The notes under the pieces are model-generated. The model made no database searches, had not been told where the DNA came from, and saw only the letters and a program-made list of their open reading frames with translations. Of a stretch of 64,000 nucleotides of DNA, positions 47,753 to 58,080 are shown piece by piece. The position numbers and the translations under genes are program-made. Each line of letters begins with the position of its first letter. Position 1 is the stretch's first letter. The stretch spans positions 25,536-89,535 of the forward strand of contig CAJLLT010000002.1 of assembly GCA_905207625.1 (NCBI GenBank), in the 5' to 3' direction. Source of the stretch: an uncultured Eubacteriales bacterium (lineage in GTDB: Bacteria > Bacillota > Clostridia > Oscillospirales > UBA644).

Positions 47753-48940
47753 TCATTCCTTTCCTTTGTTTCCGAATCCGGCGGCTATGTACTCGTTATA
47801 CATATCCACAGTATCCGTGTTAAGGTACTTCCCCTTGTTTATTTTATCTTTAATGGTCCATTCCATACACTCAAAAAGAGCCCGGTTAAGATCTTTATAC
47901 GCAAGCGCCCGGTAGTACTCAACGTTTTCATAGTCACGGGTGGGTTCCACAAAATCCGCCACATAAACTATTTTATCCAGCAGTGTCATGTTTTTCCCGC
48001 CCACCGTATGACGGGAGACGGCCCGGAGGATCTGTTCATCATCTATTCCCAGTTCATCCTTCAGCACATACGGCGCCGTCATTGCGTGTAAAAACGGTGA
48101 CGGGGTGTTTTCCCTGCCTTCATTCGGGATATTGTAGCGCCGGATGATATGCCACTGCTCATCATCGCTGAAGTTCTTCGTCACGTCGTGAAGGAGTCCG
48201 GCAACCGTCGCTTTTTCCACGTCGGCACCGTTTATGCGGGCAAGTTCAGCGGCAGTTTTCATCACACCGAGGGAATGTTCGTAACGTTTCGGCTTAAGTA
48301 TACGCCGCAGGAGTTTCTTGTATCTTTCCAGATCATACTCCCCCACCGAATACACGTTATTTTCTATGATATACTCATACACCCCCGGGGCGAGCAGACC
48401 GGATACGTTTTTACCCTCACGAAGCTGTTGCCGTATTTCCGTGGAAGACATTTTCAGGGGCTCGAAATCCACTAAAGTACATGCCGCACCGTATTCCGAT
48501 TCCAGGAAGCTTTTTTCGGCTTCAAGAGCTTCCCGGTCATCCCCCGTGCGGGTCAGACACGCGATATGGGCAAGTTTCATTATTCTTTCCGCTTCATACC
48601 AGTTTTTCAGTGTCAGGAACATATCGGAACCGGTGTACAGCACAAGTTCGGCATCCGGATAAAGCTCACGGAAATGTTCCAGTGTATGTACGGTATAGCT
48701 TTTTCCGCCCCGGTCGATCTCATAGGTGCAAAGTTCCGCATCCGTGTCTTTCAGTGAAAGCCGGAGCATATTCAGCCTGTCCTCGTCGGAGGTCATACCC
48801 AGAGCCTTGTGGGGGGGCTCTGCGGTGGGTACGACAAAAACCTTTATGGGACGGAAAGCATCGCTGAAGGTTTTCAGAGCTTTGATATGCCCGAGGTGGC
48901 ACGGATCAAAAGTGCCCCCGAAAATACCTATCCTTTTCAT
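47753..48940 (-). CDS. nadD: fused nicotinate-nucleotide adenylyltransferase NadD / HD-domain YqeK (Ap4A hydrolase-type)
   Basis: The N-terminal half has IGIFGGTFDPCHLGH and SSTEIR. The C-terminal half has RYEHSLGV...GLLHDVTK...HTVG. I took the start at MKRIGIFGG (ATG at 48940), which overlaps the yhbY stop. The track ORF extends to 49069. Confidence 0.85.
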   Translation of the reverse strand: MKRIGIFGGTFDPCHLGHIKALKTFSDAFRPIKVFVVPTAEPPHKALGMTSDEDRLNMLRLSLKDTDAELCTYEIDRGGKSYTVHTLEHFRELYPDAELVLYTGSDMFLTLKNWYEAERIMKLAHIACLTRTGDDREALEAEKSFLESEYGAACTLVDFEPLKMSSTEIRQQLREGKNVSGLLAPGVYEYIIENNVYSVGEYDLERYKKLLRRILKPKRYEHSLGVMKTAAELARINGADVEKATVAGLLHDVTKNFSDDEQWHIIRRYNIPNEGRENTPSPFLHAMTAPYVLKDELGIDDEQILRAVSRHTVGGKNMTLLDKIVYVADFVEPTRDYENVEYYRALAYKDLNRALFECMEWTIKDKINKGKYLNTDTVDMYNEYIAAGFGNKGKE

Positions 48941-49224
48941 TTCGGCAAGACTATTTTCGGTTTTTTCGACTGACGGTAAAGCACCGCTTTTGTCCCGATA
49001 GCACAGATAACCTGAGCATTGCATTCTTCCGCTATTATATTTGCCGCTTCTATAGGCTTGTATTCGCAATTCTCAAGACAGCGGAGTTTTATCAGCTCCC
49101 TCGCCTCAAGAGCATCATTCGCCTGTTTTATCAGATTTTCGCCTATTCCTCCCTTGCCTATATGGAGTATGGGTTCCTCCTTGCTGGCAAGGCCTCGGAG
49201 ATAGGCTCTCTGTTTGCTGGTCAT
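48937..49224 (-). CDS. yhbY: RNA-binding CRM-domain protein YhbY
   Basis: MTSKQRAYLRGLASKEEPILHIGKGGI... 95 aa. Confidence 0.88.
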   Translation of the reverse strand: MTSKQRAYLRGLASKEEPILHIGKGGIGENLIKQANDALEARELIKLRCLENCEYKPIEAANIIAEECNAQVICAIGTKAVLYRQSKKPKIVLPK

Positions 49225-49817
49225 TATTCTTTTCCTTTCATTTCGGTTATAAGTTTTCTGAATTTTTCCAACGCACGGGCTCGGTGACTTATGCGGTTCT
49301 TGATATCTCCGCTGAGCTCCGCAAAGGTTTTTCCGTACTCCTCGACAAGGAAATAGGGGTCATACCCGAAGCCGTTGTTTCCCCGGTGTTCGTCAATGAC
49401 TGTTCCGGGACACTCCCCCTCCGCGGTAACGGTACGTCCGTCGGGGAATACCATGGCAATGGCGCTGACGAATTTTGCCCGTCTGTCCGTCACATCTTCA
49501 AGGTTTTTCATCAGCAGAGCATTGTTTTTTTCGTCGGTAGCGCCCTCTCCGGAATACCTTGCGGAGTACACCCCCGGAGCACCGTGAAGAGCTTCAACGC
49601 AAAGCCCGCTGTCATCCGCAATACAGGGCATACCCGACGCCTTCATCCCGGCCCGGGCTTTTATGAGAGCATTTTCCGCAAAAGTTTTTCCCGTTTCCTC
49701 CGGGTCGGACTCCACTCCCGCCTCCTTCAGGGAAAGAACCTGATACATATCCCCGAGAATGGCTTTTATCTCCCGTATTTTGTTGGGATTATTGGACGCT
49801 GCAAGAATTTTTTCCAT
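49224..49817 (-). CDS. rdgB: XTP/dITP diphosphatase (RdgB/HAM1)
   Basis: ILAASNNPNKIREIK, GFGYDPYF and SHRARAL motifs. I took the start at MEKILAASNN (AAAGGAGAG SD). The track ORF extends to 49862. Confidence 0.9.
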   Translation of the reverse strand: MEKILAASNNPNKIREIKAILGDMYQVLSLKEAGVESDPEETGKTFAENALIKARAGMKASGMPCIADDSGLCVEALHGAPGVYSARYSGEGATDEKNNALLMKNLEDVTDRRAKFVSAIAMVFPDGRTVTAEGECPGTVIDEHRGNNGFGYDPYFLVEEYGKTFAELSGDIKNRISHRARALEKFRKLITEMKGKE

Positions 49818-49827
49818 ATTCTCTCCT

Positions 49828-50739
49828 TTATTCTCCGTCCAGGAGAGCTTTTGCGAAGGCATCAGGATCGAAGAACTGCAGATCGTCCGCCTTTTCGCCT
49901 ACGCCTATAAGTTTTATCGGGACCCCGGTCTCTTCACGCACCGCGATCGTCACGCCGCCCTTTGCCGTTCCGTCAAGCTTGGTAAGCACAACTCCGGTTA
50001 TTGCCGCCGCCTGCTTGAAATCCCGTGCCTGACTTATGGCGTTCTGCCCGGTTGTTGCATCAAGGACAAGCAGAGTCTCCTTATCCGCATCCGGGAGTTC
50101 CCGTTCGGTTACCCGGGCTATCTTGGAAAGCTCATCCATAAGATTCTTCTTATTGTGAAGCCGCCCTGCGGTATCGCAGATAACGACATCCGCCCCCCTT
50201 GCCTTCGCCGCTTTCAGTGCGTCAAAAACCACTGCTGCGGGATCCGATCCGTCCTGATGTTTGACTATATCTATATCTGCGCGCTGAGCCCAGATTTCCA
50301 CCTGTTCAATAGCGGCGGCGCGGAAGGTGTCGGCAGCGGCTATTATGACCTTCTTGCCCTGATCCTTCAGCATTTTCGCGAGTTTGCCGATGGTGGTGGT
50401 CTTGCCGACGCCGTTTACCCCTACAACGACTATAACGGAGGGTTTCGTGTTCAGGTTCAGCTCGTTTCCGCCACGCATCATATCGGCAATTATGCCGCAC
50501 AGAGCGGTCCTGAGAGCTTCCGCATCCTCGATTTTTTCCAGCTTTGCCTTCTGTCTGAGACTGTCAATTATCTTTTCCGCAGTCTCCACGCCGACATCCG
50601 CGAGAATCAGAGTCTCCAGCAGCTCGTCAAGAAAGTCCTCATCGACCTTTCTGAAGGCGGCAAATATTCCGTTAAGGCTTTTTCCCAGCCCTTCTTTGGT
50701 TTTGCTCAGGCCCTGTTTTATCTTATCAAAAAATCCCAT
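49828..50739 (-). CDS. ftsY: signal recognition particle receptor FtsY
   Basis: 303 aa with GVNGVGKTTTIGKLA, DTAGRLHNK and TKLDGTAKGG. Confidence 0.95.
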   Translation of the reverse strand: MGFFDKIKQGLSKTKEGLGKSLNGIFAAFRKVDEDFLDELLETLILADVGVETAEKIIDSLRQKAKLEKIEDAEALRTALCGIIADMMRGGNELNLNTKPSVIVVVGVNGVGKTTTIGKLAKMLKDQGKKVIIAAADTFRAAAIEQVEIWAQRADIDIVKHQDGSDPAAVVFDALKAAKARGADVVICDTAGRLHNKKNLMDELSKIARVTERELPDADKETLLVLDATTGQNAISQARDFKQAAAITGVVLTKLDGTAKGGVTIAVREETGVPIKLIGVGEKADDLQFFDPDAFAKALLDGE

Positions 50740-50759
50740 TTATTCTCCTTTTTCCGTCT

Positions 50760-53700
50760 TTACAGCTGTTCGTCAGCAATATCCTTTACGTTTATGGTAA
50801 GCATCTTGGACACGCCCTTTTCTCTCATGGTCACGCCGTAGAGCCTGTCGGCAATTTCCATCGTTCCGCGGCGGTGAGTGATGAGAAGGAACTGGGTCTT
50901 GTGCGAAAGGTTGCTCAGATATCGGGCATACCGTACCACGTTCACGTCATCCAGCGCAGATTCGATCTCGTCCAGAAGACAGAAGGGCGAGGGGCGCATA
51001 TGCAGCAGCGCGAAATACAGCGCAATAGCGGTGAGACTCTGCTCTCCTCCGGACAGAGACGACAGATGCTTTATAATTTTCCCCGGAGGAGCGACATATA
51101 TCTCTATTCCGGATTCCAGCAGATTTTCCCCGTCGGTAAGTTCCAGCCGGGCTGAACCGCCGTTGAACAGTTCCCGGAAGACCCGGGAGAATTCCTCGTT
51201 GATAGCCTTGAAGCTCTCGGCGAAGATTTTTTTCATTTCCTCCTCAAGATCCGCGATTATACCGGTCAGTTCGTCCCTGGACTTTGTAAGATCCTCAGTC
51301 TGTTCTCTGAGCTCGTCGTGACGCTTCCTGACCTCCGCAAACTCGTCAATAGCCTCCACATTTACGCTTCCCAGAGCCTTTATTGACGCCCGGAGTTCCG
51401 CAACCCGCTTCTTCGCCTCTTCAAAGGGCATTCCGGCGGTAAACCCGCCTGCCTGGGCTTCGGACAGGGTCATTTCATATTCATCCCAGATTTTTGCGAT
51501 AACGGTATCGGAGTCATTGCGCAGAGTCGCCTGCCGTATCTGCATCCGTTCCGCTTCACGGGCAAGTTTCTCCTTTTGCTCAAAGAGTTTCTTTTCCCCT
51601 TCGAATATTCTGTTTTTCTCGGCTTCAAGTCCGTCACGGCGGCTTGTTGTGTCCGCAATGTGCTTGGAACACTCTTTTTCAAGAGTCCTGAGAGAAGAAT
51701 TCGCTTCCTTCAGATCGGCGATCCTGCGGGTATATTCAACGTTCCGTGCCTCTATTTCGGATATCTGCTCCAGGCGTTTTGCCGAGGACTGGGTTCCCTG
51801 TTCAAGGCGCTGATTCAGCTGTTCGATATTCAGCCTCAGACTCTCGCCGTTCTTTGCGTATTCCACACGGCGGACCTCTTTGGCGTATATTTCCTCCCGG
51901 ATACGTTCCAGATTTTCAAGAATATGTCCGTTTTCATCCTCGGCGGAACGGAGATCCCGCTTTATTTTCTCAAGCTGGGCGGTCTTTTCGGAAATCAGAC
52001 CTTCGGTCTTTGCCAAATCCGCCTGCTCCCCGTCAAGGTCTTCCTTTGCCCGGGAAATATTGTCCTGCAAAGACCGCATCTGTTCCCGGATATTGGTTAT
52101 ATACAGAGTGCAATAGTCAAGTTCCGCCTTCCGCTTGACCTGCTCATCATCAACTGTCTTTATCTCCGCGTTTATGCCATCGACCTGTGCCGTAAGCATA
52201 TTCAGTTCGGAAAGGGCATTGCGAAGTTCTTTATCGGCGGCCTCAGCTTCTTCCGCAAGTTTCTTTTCAGTCTCCGCGAGTGCTTCGGTTTCATTTGCCC
52301 GGCTGAGGATCCCCACATTTTTCCCCACGGAACCGCCGGTAAGGGAACCTCCGGCATTGACGACCTGTCCGTCAAGGGTAACAAGCCGGAAGGAGTAACC
52401 GCTGCTGCGGGCTATCCGGGTCGCATCGTCAAGGGTTTCCGCCACGGCAGTCCGTCCCAGAAGTGATTCAATAACCCCTCTGTATCGGTCGTCACAGGTT
52501 ATTATCTGGCTTGCAAGCCCGCGGAAACCGGGCATTGACGCAAAGTTCCGGGCATCAAGGACCTTCGGTCTGACCGTATCCAGAGGAAGAAACGTCGCGC
52601 GTCCGAGATTTCTGCTCTTCAGCAGCGAAATACAGTTTTTCGCGTCCTTTTCGGTTTCGGTGATTATATTCTGTATTGCCGCACCGAGCGCCGTCTCCAC
52701 CGCAACGGAATACTCCCTGTCGGTCTTGATCACGCCGGCAACGGTTCCGCAGACTCCGTGAAGGACGCCTTTTTCAGCCTCCGTCATGACGCTTTTTACG
52801 CTTCCGGAAAAGCCCTCATAATGCTTTTCCATATCCTCAAGCATTCTGCGTCTGTCCTGGGTCTGACGAAGTTTAAGAGTTCTTTCGTTGAGTTCCCGGC
52901 GGAGTTTTTCGCAACGGTCCTGCCTGGAATTCTTTTTCAGGGCATATCCGCCCAGCATATTCTCAAGACTCCTGCGCTTCTGCGCAAGGGTTTCAAGCTC
53001 ATTTTCCGCATTTTCCCCGGTTTTTTCCAGAGAAGCAAGTCTTTCGGCGGCATCGGAAAGTTCTTTTTCGGTCTCTTCAAGCTTTCTGACAAGCCCGGCT
53101 TTTCTGCCGTCGGCACCGCTTACGCGGAGCTGCATTGCGGTTATCTGTGCCGTAAGGGCTTCCGCCTCGTCGGCAAGGGAGCGGCTTTTCTTTGCGACCT
53201 CTTCCCCTTCGGCACGTTGCGCTTCCCGTTCGCTCTCCGCCCCGGAAATATCTTCGGCAAGCTCCGCCGCCTGTTTTTCCGCCAGGAGCAGTTGTCCGGT
53301 CTTTTCCTCTATTTCCTTTTTCAGGGCTTCCCTTACGGAATCATCATCGGAAAGTTCTGTCCGGATACGTTCTATATCCCGTTGCCCGTGCTCTATGTCG
53401 TTCCCGAGAAGCAGGATCTCGGAATCCCTGTCACGGCATTGCTGCTCGTACTCAGAGATCTTTTCGCGGAGTTTTTCTATTTCGACAGTCAGATCCCTGA
53501 TATCCGCGCCGAGTCTCTCACTGCGGTCTTCATATTCCTGAACACCGGCATCCACCGCGGAAAGACTTGATCTGATGCTTTCCGCAGTCTCCGCCGCCTT
53601 TTTTATTTCGGCCTCCGTCTGTTTGAGCCCGTCCAGCCAGACCGAGAGTTCCAGGACCTTTTTTTCCTCATAAAGAGCCAGGTATTTCTTCGCCTTCTCC

Positions 53701-54326
53701 GCCTGTTTTCCCAGGGGGCCGAGACGGTCGGAAAGTTCAGTAAGTATATCAGTGAGCCGGACGAGATTTTCCGATGTAAGGGCAAGTTTTCTCGCGCTCT
53801 CCTCTTTCTTGTACTTGAATCCGGCAATTCCCGCAGCCTCTTCGAAAAAATGGCGCCGGTCCGTACTTTTTGAAGTGATTATTTCGGTAACGGTTCCCTG
53901 TCCGATAATGGAGTAGCCGGTCTTACCGAGACCGGTATCCCGCAAAAGCTCCTGAATATCCTTGAGCCGGACGGGCTTGCGGTTGATGAAATACTCACTG
54001 TCCCCGGATCTGTAATAACGTCTTGTAAGGGCAACTTCTTCATACGGGACGGCAAGAGCGCCGTCGGAGTTCAGCAGGGTAAGTGTCACTTCGGCAAAGC
54101 CGAGGGGTTTACGGCTTTGCGTACCGTCAAAGATAACATCCTCGGTCTTGTTTCCCCTCAGGGTTTTTGCGGAGGTCTCCCCCATTACCCATCGGACAGC
54201 ATCGGCAATATTGCTCTTACCGCTGCCGTTCGGACCGATTATCGCGGTTATACCGTCACTGAAGTTGATCAGAGTGCGGTCGGGAAATGATTTAAAACCG
54301 ATAAGTTCCAGACTTTTCAGTTGCAT
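50760..54326 (-). CDS. smc: chromosome segregation protein SMC
   Basis: 1188 aa. Motifs: MQLKSLELIGFKSF, GPNGSGKSN, long coiled coils, a hinge, LSGGE(Q)SLTAIAL and LLDEIESALD. Confidence 0.97.
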   Translation of the reverse strand: MQLKSLELIGFKSFPDRTLINFSDGITAIIGPNGSGKSNIADAVRWVMGETSAKTLRGNKTEDVIFDGTQSRKPLGFAEVTLTLLNSDGALAVPYEEVALTRRYYRSGDSEYFINRKPVRLKDIQELLRDTGLGKTGYSIIGQGTVTEIITSKSTDRRHFFEEAAGIAGFKYKKEESARKLALTSENLVRLTDILTELSDRLGPLGKQAEKAKKYLALYEEKKVLELSVWLDGLKQTEAEIKKAAETAESIRSSLSAVDAGVQEYEDRSERLGADIRDLTVEIEKLREKISEYEQQCRDRDSEILLLGNDIEHGQRDIERIRTELSDDDSVREALKKEIEEKTGQLLLAEKQAAELAEDISGAESEREAQRAEGEEVAKKSRSLADEAEALTAQITAMQLRVSGADGRKAGLVRKLEETEKELSDAAERLASLEKTGENAENELETLAQKRRSLENMLGGYALKKNSRQDRCEKLRRELNERTLKLRQTQDRRRMLEDMEKHYEGFSGSVKSVMTEAEKGVLHGVCGTVAGVIKTDREYSVAVETALGAAIQNIITETEKDAKNCISLLKSRNLGRATFLPLDTVRPKVLDARNFASMPGFRGLASQIITCDDRYRGVIESLLGRTAVAETLDDATRIARSSGYSFRLVTLDGQVVNAGGSLTGGSVGKNVGILSRANETEALAETEKKLAEEAEAADKELRNALSELNMLTAQVDGINAEIKTVDDEQVKRKAELDYCTLYITNIREQMRSLQDNISRAKEDLDGEQADLAKTEGLISEKTAQLEKIKRDLRSAEDENGHILENLERIREEIYAKEVRRVEYAKNGESLRLNIEQLNQRLEQGTQSSAKRLEQISEIEARNVEYTRRIADLKEANSSLRTLEKECSKHIADTTSRRDGLEAEKNRIFEGEKKLFEQKEKLAREAERMQIRQATLRNDSDTVIAKIWDEYEMTLSEAQAGGFTAGMPFEEAKKRVAELRASIKALGSVNVEAIDEFAEVRKRHDELREQTEDLTKSRDELTGIIADLEEEMKKIFAESFKAINEEFSRVFRELFNGGSARLELTDGENLLESGIEIYVAPPGKIIKHLSSLSGGEQSLTAIALYFALLHMRPSPFCLLDEIESALDDVNVVRYARYLSNLSHKTQFLLITHRRGTMEIADRLYGVTMREKGVSKMLTINVKDIADEQL

Positions 54327-54673
54327 CCCGTTTCCACCCCGCTTTACTTATTAAAAAGTATTATTGCTGATTATAGCACAGAAACACGGCTTTTTCAATA
54401 CATGAAACGGAAATTTTAAAATATATTCGTTTCTTCCTTCTCTCGGGGCTCCCGGGGAATGAAAAAAAAGAGAAGTCAGACCATAATTCAAGAATAAATC
54501 CGAAAAAGTTCCTCTTTTTTTTGCTTTTTCCGGCGAGATGGGTATTGCTTTTTTATGTTTTTTTTGGTATAATTGTGTTCCGAAAAGAAGAAAGCCCTGT
54601 CCGAGTATCCACTCCGTGTGCTTTCTCGATGAATTTCGTATACATATCATGCGATAACGGAGGTGTTTAAGTC

Positions 54674-54862
54674 ATGGCTAAATGCAATTACTGCGGTAAG
54701 GGTGTAACTTTCGGAATAAAGGTTTCTCACTCTCACAGACGCAGCAACAGAACCTGGAAGCCCAATGTTAGACGTGTTAAGGCTGTTGTCAACGGCTCCG
54801 TACAGCACGTTTATGTCTGCACGAGCTGCCTGCGCTCCGGCAAAGTCCAGAGAGCTAACTGA
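54674..54862 (+). CDS. rpmB: 50S ribosomal protein L28
   Basis: MAKCNYCGKGVTFGIKVSHSHRRSNRTWKPNV... Confidence 0.95.
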   Translation: MAKCNYCGKGVTFGIKVSHSHRRSNRTWKPNVRRVKAVVNGSVQHVYVCTSCLRSGKVQRAN

Positions 54863-54880
54863 GTTTAGACGGAAAAATTC

Positions 54881-54914
54881 CCGAGACGTGATTCTGCGTC
54901 TCGGTATTTTTTTT
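54881..54914 (+). terminator. intrinsic terminator after rpmB
   Basis: CCGAGACG tgattctg CGTCTCGG followed by TATTTTTTTT. Confidence 0.8.
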
Positions 54915-54996
54915 GCCCGGCTATTGACAATCTCCCCTTCACCGTGATAAAATACAGAAAGAAAGACCGGGCCGAGCCCGGAATACAGATCGAAAC

Positions 54997-57204
54997 GTGG
55001 TGAGAACCCTGACGCTGACCGGTTACATTGATAAAGTCATATACAAGAATTCGGACAACGGCTATACCGTCCTGGAACTTGACACCCCGGAAGGTACAGT
55101 AACAGCCGTGGGAACCATGCCCCTTGTGGCGGAAGGTGAACAGATACAGGTAGAGGGGGACTATACCACACATTCAGCTTACGGAAAACAGTTTTCCGTT
55201 ACGGCTTTTGCCTCCTGTCTGCCGGCGGAGGAAAGCTCCATAATACGTTATCTTTCCTCGGGAATAGTCAAGGGAATACGTGCCGCTACCGCAAGGAAGA
55301 TCGTGGACATGTTCGGTCCGGACGCTCTGGATGTGATAGAGACGGACCCCCAGCAGCTCACCCGGATAAAGGGCATCAGCCCGGAAAAGGCGGAGCAGAT
55401 GTCAGCGTCCATGAAAGAAAATATAGGAATCAAAACCATCCTGCTCTATTTCCAGCGTTTCGGAATGACTCCGGGTCTTGCCTTCAAGATTTTCAAACGC
55501 TGGGGAATCGGAGCGTACGAAAGACTGCGGCAGGATCCGTACATGATCTGTCAGATTCCCGGCATAGGCTTTGAAACCGCCGATGCGATCGCCCGAAGTA
55601 TGGATATGCCCCCGGACAGTCCGGGAAGAATGAAAGCGGCGGTAAGATATGTTCTTTCCTACAACCTCAACAACAACGGACATTCCTTCCTCCCCCGGGA
55701 AAAACTTGCCCTGACGGCAGCCCGCCTGGTGGATTCCGATTCCCGGAAAATGGAAGACATCATAGATGAAATGACCGAAGACCGGGACCTGGTGTATGTT
55801 CCGAAGATCTCCAACACTGACGGGATCTATCTGCGCCGGGTGTATGAATGTGAAAGAAACATCTGCGACAGGGTCATTCTCGCCTCCAAGTTTTCCCACG
55901 GATATGAAGGAAATTTTCAGAGGGACTGTGACCGGGCGCAGAGAGCCCTGGGAATTGAATTCGCCGAAAAACAGAAGCAGGCAATAAAAGAGAGCCTCTG
56001 TCATCAGATAATGGTCCTTACCGGAGGGCCGGGAACGGGGAAAACAACGACCCTGAACGGTATAATATTCAACCTTGAGGCAAAAGGACTTACTTTTGCC
56101 ATAGCCGCACCCACCGGAAGAGCGGCAAAACGCATAACGGAACTCACGGGCAAAGAGGCAAAGACCGTACATCGTCTGCTCGAATACACCCACAAGGGTG
56201 AGGATGACTTCACCTTTGCAAAAAACCGGGAAAACCCGCTGAAATATGACGCGATAATAGTTGATGAGATGTCAATGATAGATATGTGGCTGTTTGAAAA
56301 ACTGCTGGACGCCACCCCCCTGGGCACACGCCTGATAATGGTCGGGGATATAAATCAGCTTCCTCCCGTAGGCCCCGGCAGCGTCCTCAAGGATATTATC
56401 GGCAGCGGAATGGTATCGGTGGTCGAGCTCACGGAAATATTCCGGCAGTCCGAAAAAAGCCTCATTGTAACAAACGCCCACGCCATAATTGCCGGGAAAA
56501 TGCCGGACTGCTCGGACATAAACAACGACTTTTTCTTTCTGCGCTGTACCGATCCCGAAACCCTCGTGCAGCAGGTACGTCAGCTCTACGTTTCGCGTCT
56601 GCCCGCAGCATACGGATTCGACCCGATGACGGATATACAGATTATCTGTCCTACAAAAAAAACGGGAACGGGTTCGGTAAACCTGAACCTTGTCATAAAG
56701 GAAGTCGCAAATCCCGCCTCCCCGGTAAAACACGAATTCCGGTTCAGGGACATGGTTTTCAGGGAAGGCGATAAGGTCATGCAGATACGCAACAATTACG
56801 ATGCCGTCGCGGTAAAAGCCGACGGAAGCACGGAATTCGGGATTTTTAACGGAGATATCGGAAGGATAGTCAGAATATCTGAGCGTGAGGAAACGGTTTC
56901 GGTGGATTTTGACGGAAAGACCGTGGATTACACTCCGGATACCCTGGAGGAGCTTGATCTTGCCTATGCCATAACGGTACATAAAAGCCAGGGAAGTGAG
57001 TTCAGGGCAGTAATATTGCCTCTGCTGGAGGGAGCGGATATACTTTTCACAAGGAATCTGCTTTACACTGCCGTCACCAGAGCGAAGCAACTTCTCATAA
57101 TAATCGGCTCCCCCGAAAGAATGTCGAGAATGATAGCAAATAAAACCTCGGACAAACGCTACAGCGGATTGAAATACCAGATGCTGAAGGCTGCGGAAGA
57201 GTAA
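54997..57204 (+). CDS. recD2: ATP-dependent RecD-like DNA helicase (RecD2, SF1B)
   Basis: 735 aa with a GTG start. It has an N-terminal OB/HhH region. Motifs: LTGGPGTGKTT (Walker A), IIVDEMSMID, GDINQLPPVGPG and AITVHKSQGSEF. Confidence 0.9.
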   Translation: MVRTLTLTGYIDKVIYKNSDNGYTVLELDTPEGTVTAVGTMPLVAEGEQIQVEGDYTTHSAYGKQFSVTAFASCLPAEESSIIRYLSSGIVKGIRAATARKIVDMFGPDALDVIETDPQQLTRIKGISPEKAEQMSASMKENIGIKTILLYFQRFGMTPGLAFKIFKRWGIGAYERLRQDPYMICQIPGIGFETADAIARSMDMPPDSPGRMKAAVRYVLSYNLNNNGHSFLPREKLALTAARLVDSDSRKMEDIIDEMTEDRDLVYVPKISNTDGIYLRRVYECERNICDRVILASKFSHGYEGNFQRDCDRAQRALGIEFAEKQKQAIKESLCHQIMVLTGGPGTGKTTTLNGIIFNLEAKGLTFAIAAPTGRAAKRITELTGKEAKTVHRLLEYTHKGEDDFTFAKNRENPLKYDAIIVDEMSMIDMWLFEKLLDATPLGTRLIMVGDINQLPPVGPGSVLKDIIGSGMVSVVELTEIFRQSEKSLIVTNAHAIIAGKMPDCSDINNDFFFLRCTDPETLVQQVRQLYVSRLPAAYGFDPMTDIQIICPTKKTGTGSVNLNLVIKEVANPASPVKHEFRFRDMVFREGDKVMQIRNNYDAVAVKADGSTEFGIFNGDIGRIVRISEREETVSVDFDGKTVDYTPDTLEELDLAYAITVHKSQGSEFRAVILPLLEGADILFTRNLLYTAVTRAKQLLIIIGSPERMSRMIANKTSDKRYSGLKYQMLKAAEE

Positions 57205-57215
57205 CGGAGCGTCTT

Positions 57216-57932
57216 ATGAAAGCCTTTGAAACAGTAAGAAACGTGCTGTTATGTGTACATTGCCCGGGTTGCGGGGAGCTTCTGTCCCCGTACGGGCCCC
57301 AGGATTTCTGCCCTGACTGCGCCCGGGAAGTCACCGGATACACAGAGGAGGATTTTCATGCGGGCGGAGAGATATTTTTCAAGGCATGTTACGAATATTC
57401 CGGAGCAGTGGAAAAAGCAATACTGAACTTCAAGTACGGCGGAAATTATGATACGGGACTGTTTTTTGCCCGGAAAATGGCGGAAATCATACGGCAGCAA
57501 CCGAGCCTTCTGGATTCTGACTGCATAGTTTTCGTCCCGAACACAAAAGACGGCAGACACCGTAAATACAACCAATCCGAAGTTCTTGCAAGAAACATAT
57601 CCAGGATAACCGGGATTCCGGTTGTTCAGGGTGTTCTCCGGAAACGGGCAAGGACAAGATCTCAGCTGACCTGTAACTCGGAATCGGAACGGGAAATCAA
57701 TGCCAAAAAGGCCTTTAAAGTACAGAATCCCGAGCCGGTGAAAAATAAAAAAGTGCTGATAATAGACGATGTTTCGACCTCCGGCTCGACGATCCTGAAC
57801 ATAGCGACGGCGCTGAAGGATTCCGGAGCCCATACGGTCGTGGCTTGCGTTGCCGGAAAAACAAGACCGCACCGCAGGGGGAAAGCAAGAATATTTTTCA
57901 ATCCCGGCACAGTAAAAACGATAGATGAGTAA
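57216..57932 (+). CDS. comFC: ComF family protein (ComFC-type phosphoribosyltransferase)
   Basis: An N-terminal CxxC...CxxC zinc finger and a PRTase motif VLIIDDVSTSGST. Confidence 0.85.
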   Translation: MKAFETVRNVLLCVHCPGCGELLSPYGPQDFCPDCAREVTGYTEEDFHAGGEIFFKACYEYSGAVEKAILNFKYGGNYDTGLFFARKMAEIIRQQPSLLDSDCIVFVPNTKDGRHRKYNQSEVLARNISRITGIPVVQGVLRKRARTRSQLTCNSESEREINAKKAFKVQNPEPVKNKKVLIIDDVSTSGSTILNIATALKDSGAHTVVACVAGKTRPHRRGKARIFFNPGTVKTIDE

Positions 57933-58080
57933 ACTCCCCGGAAATCAGATTTCCGGGGAGTTTTATCCGGCATAATTACCGGGATTCCGCATTGTGACCG
58001 TATCGGTTCCGGCTGAGACAGACTGAAGATCCGGGGTTTTTCTGTTATCTCCGGCACCACGATCCGGACTGTTTGGCGGA

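Noticed and set aside
54351-54650. A 99-aa minus-strand ORF between smc and rpmB.
   Set aside because: The region contains the smc promoter (TTGAAA-17-TATAAT) and the rpmB promoter and leader (TTGCTT-17-TATAAT). The ORF has no SD and is Lys/Phe-rich low-complexity sequence derived from A/T runs.
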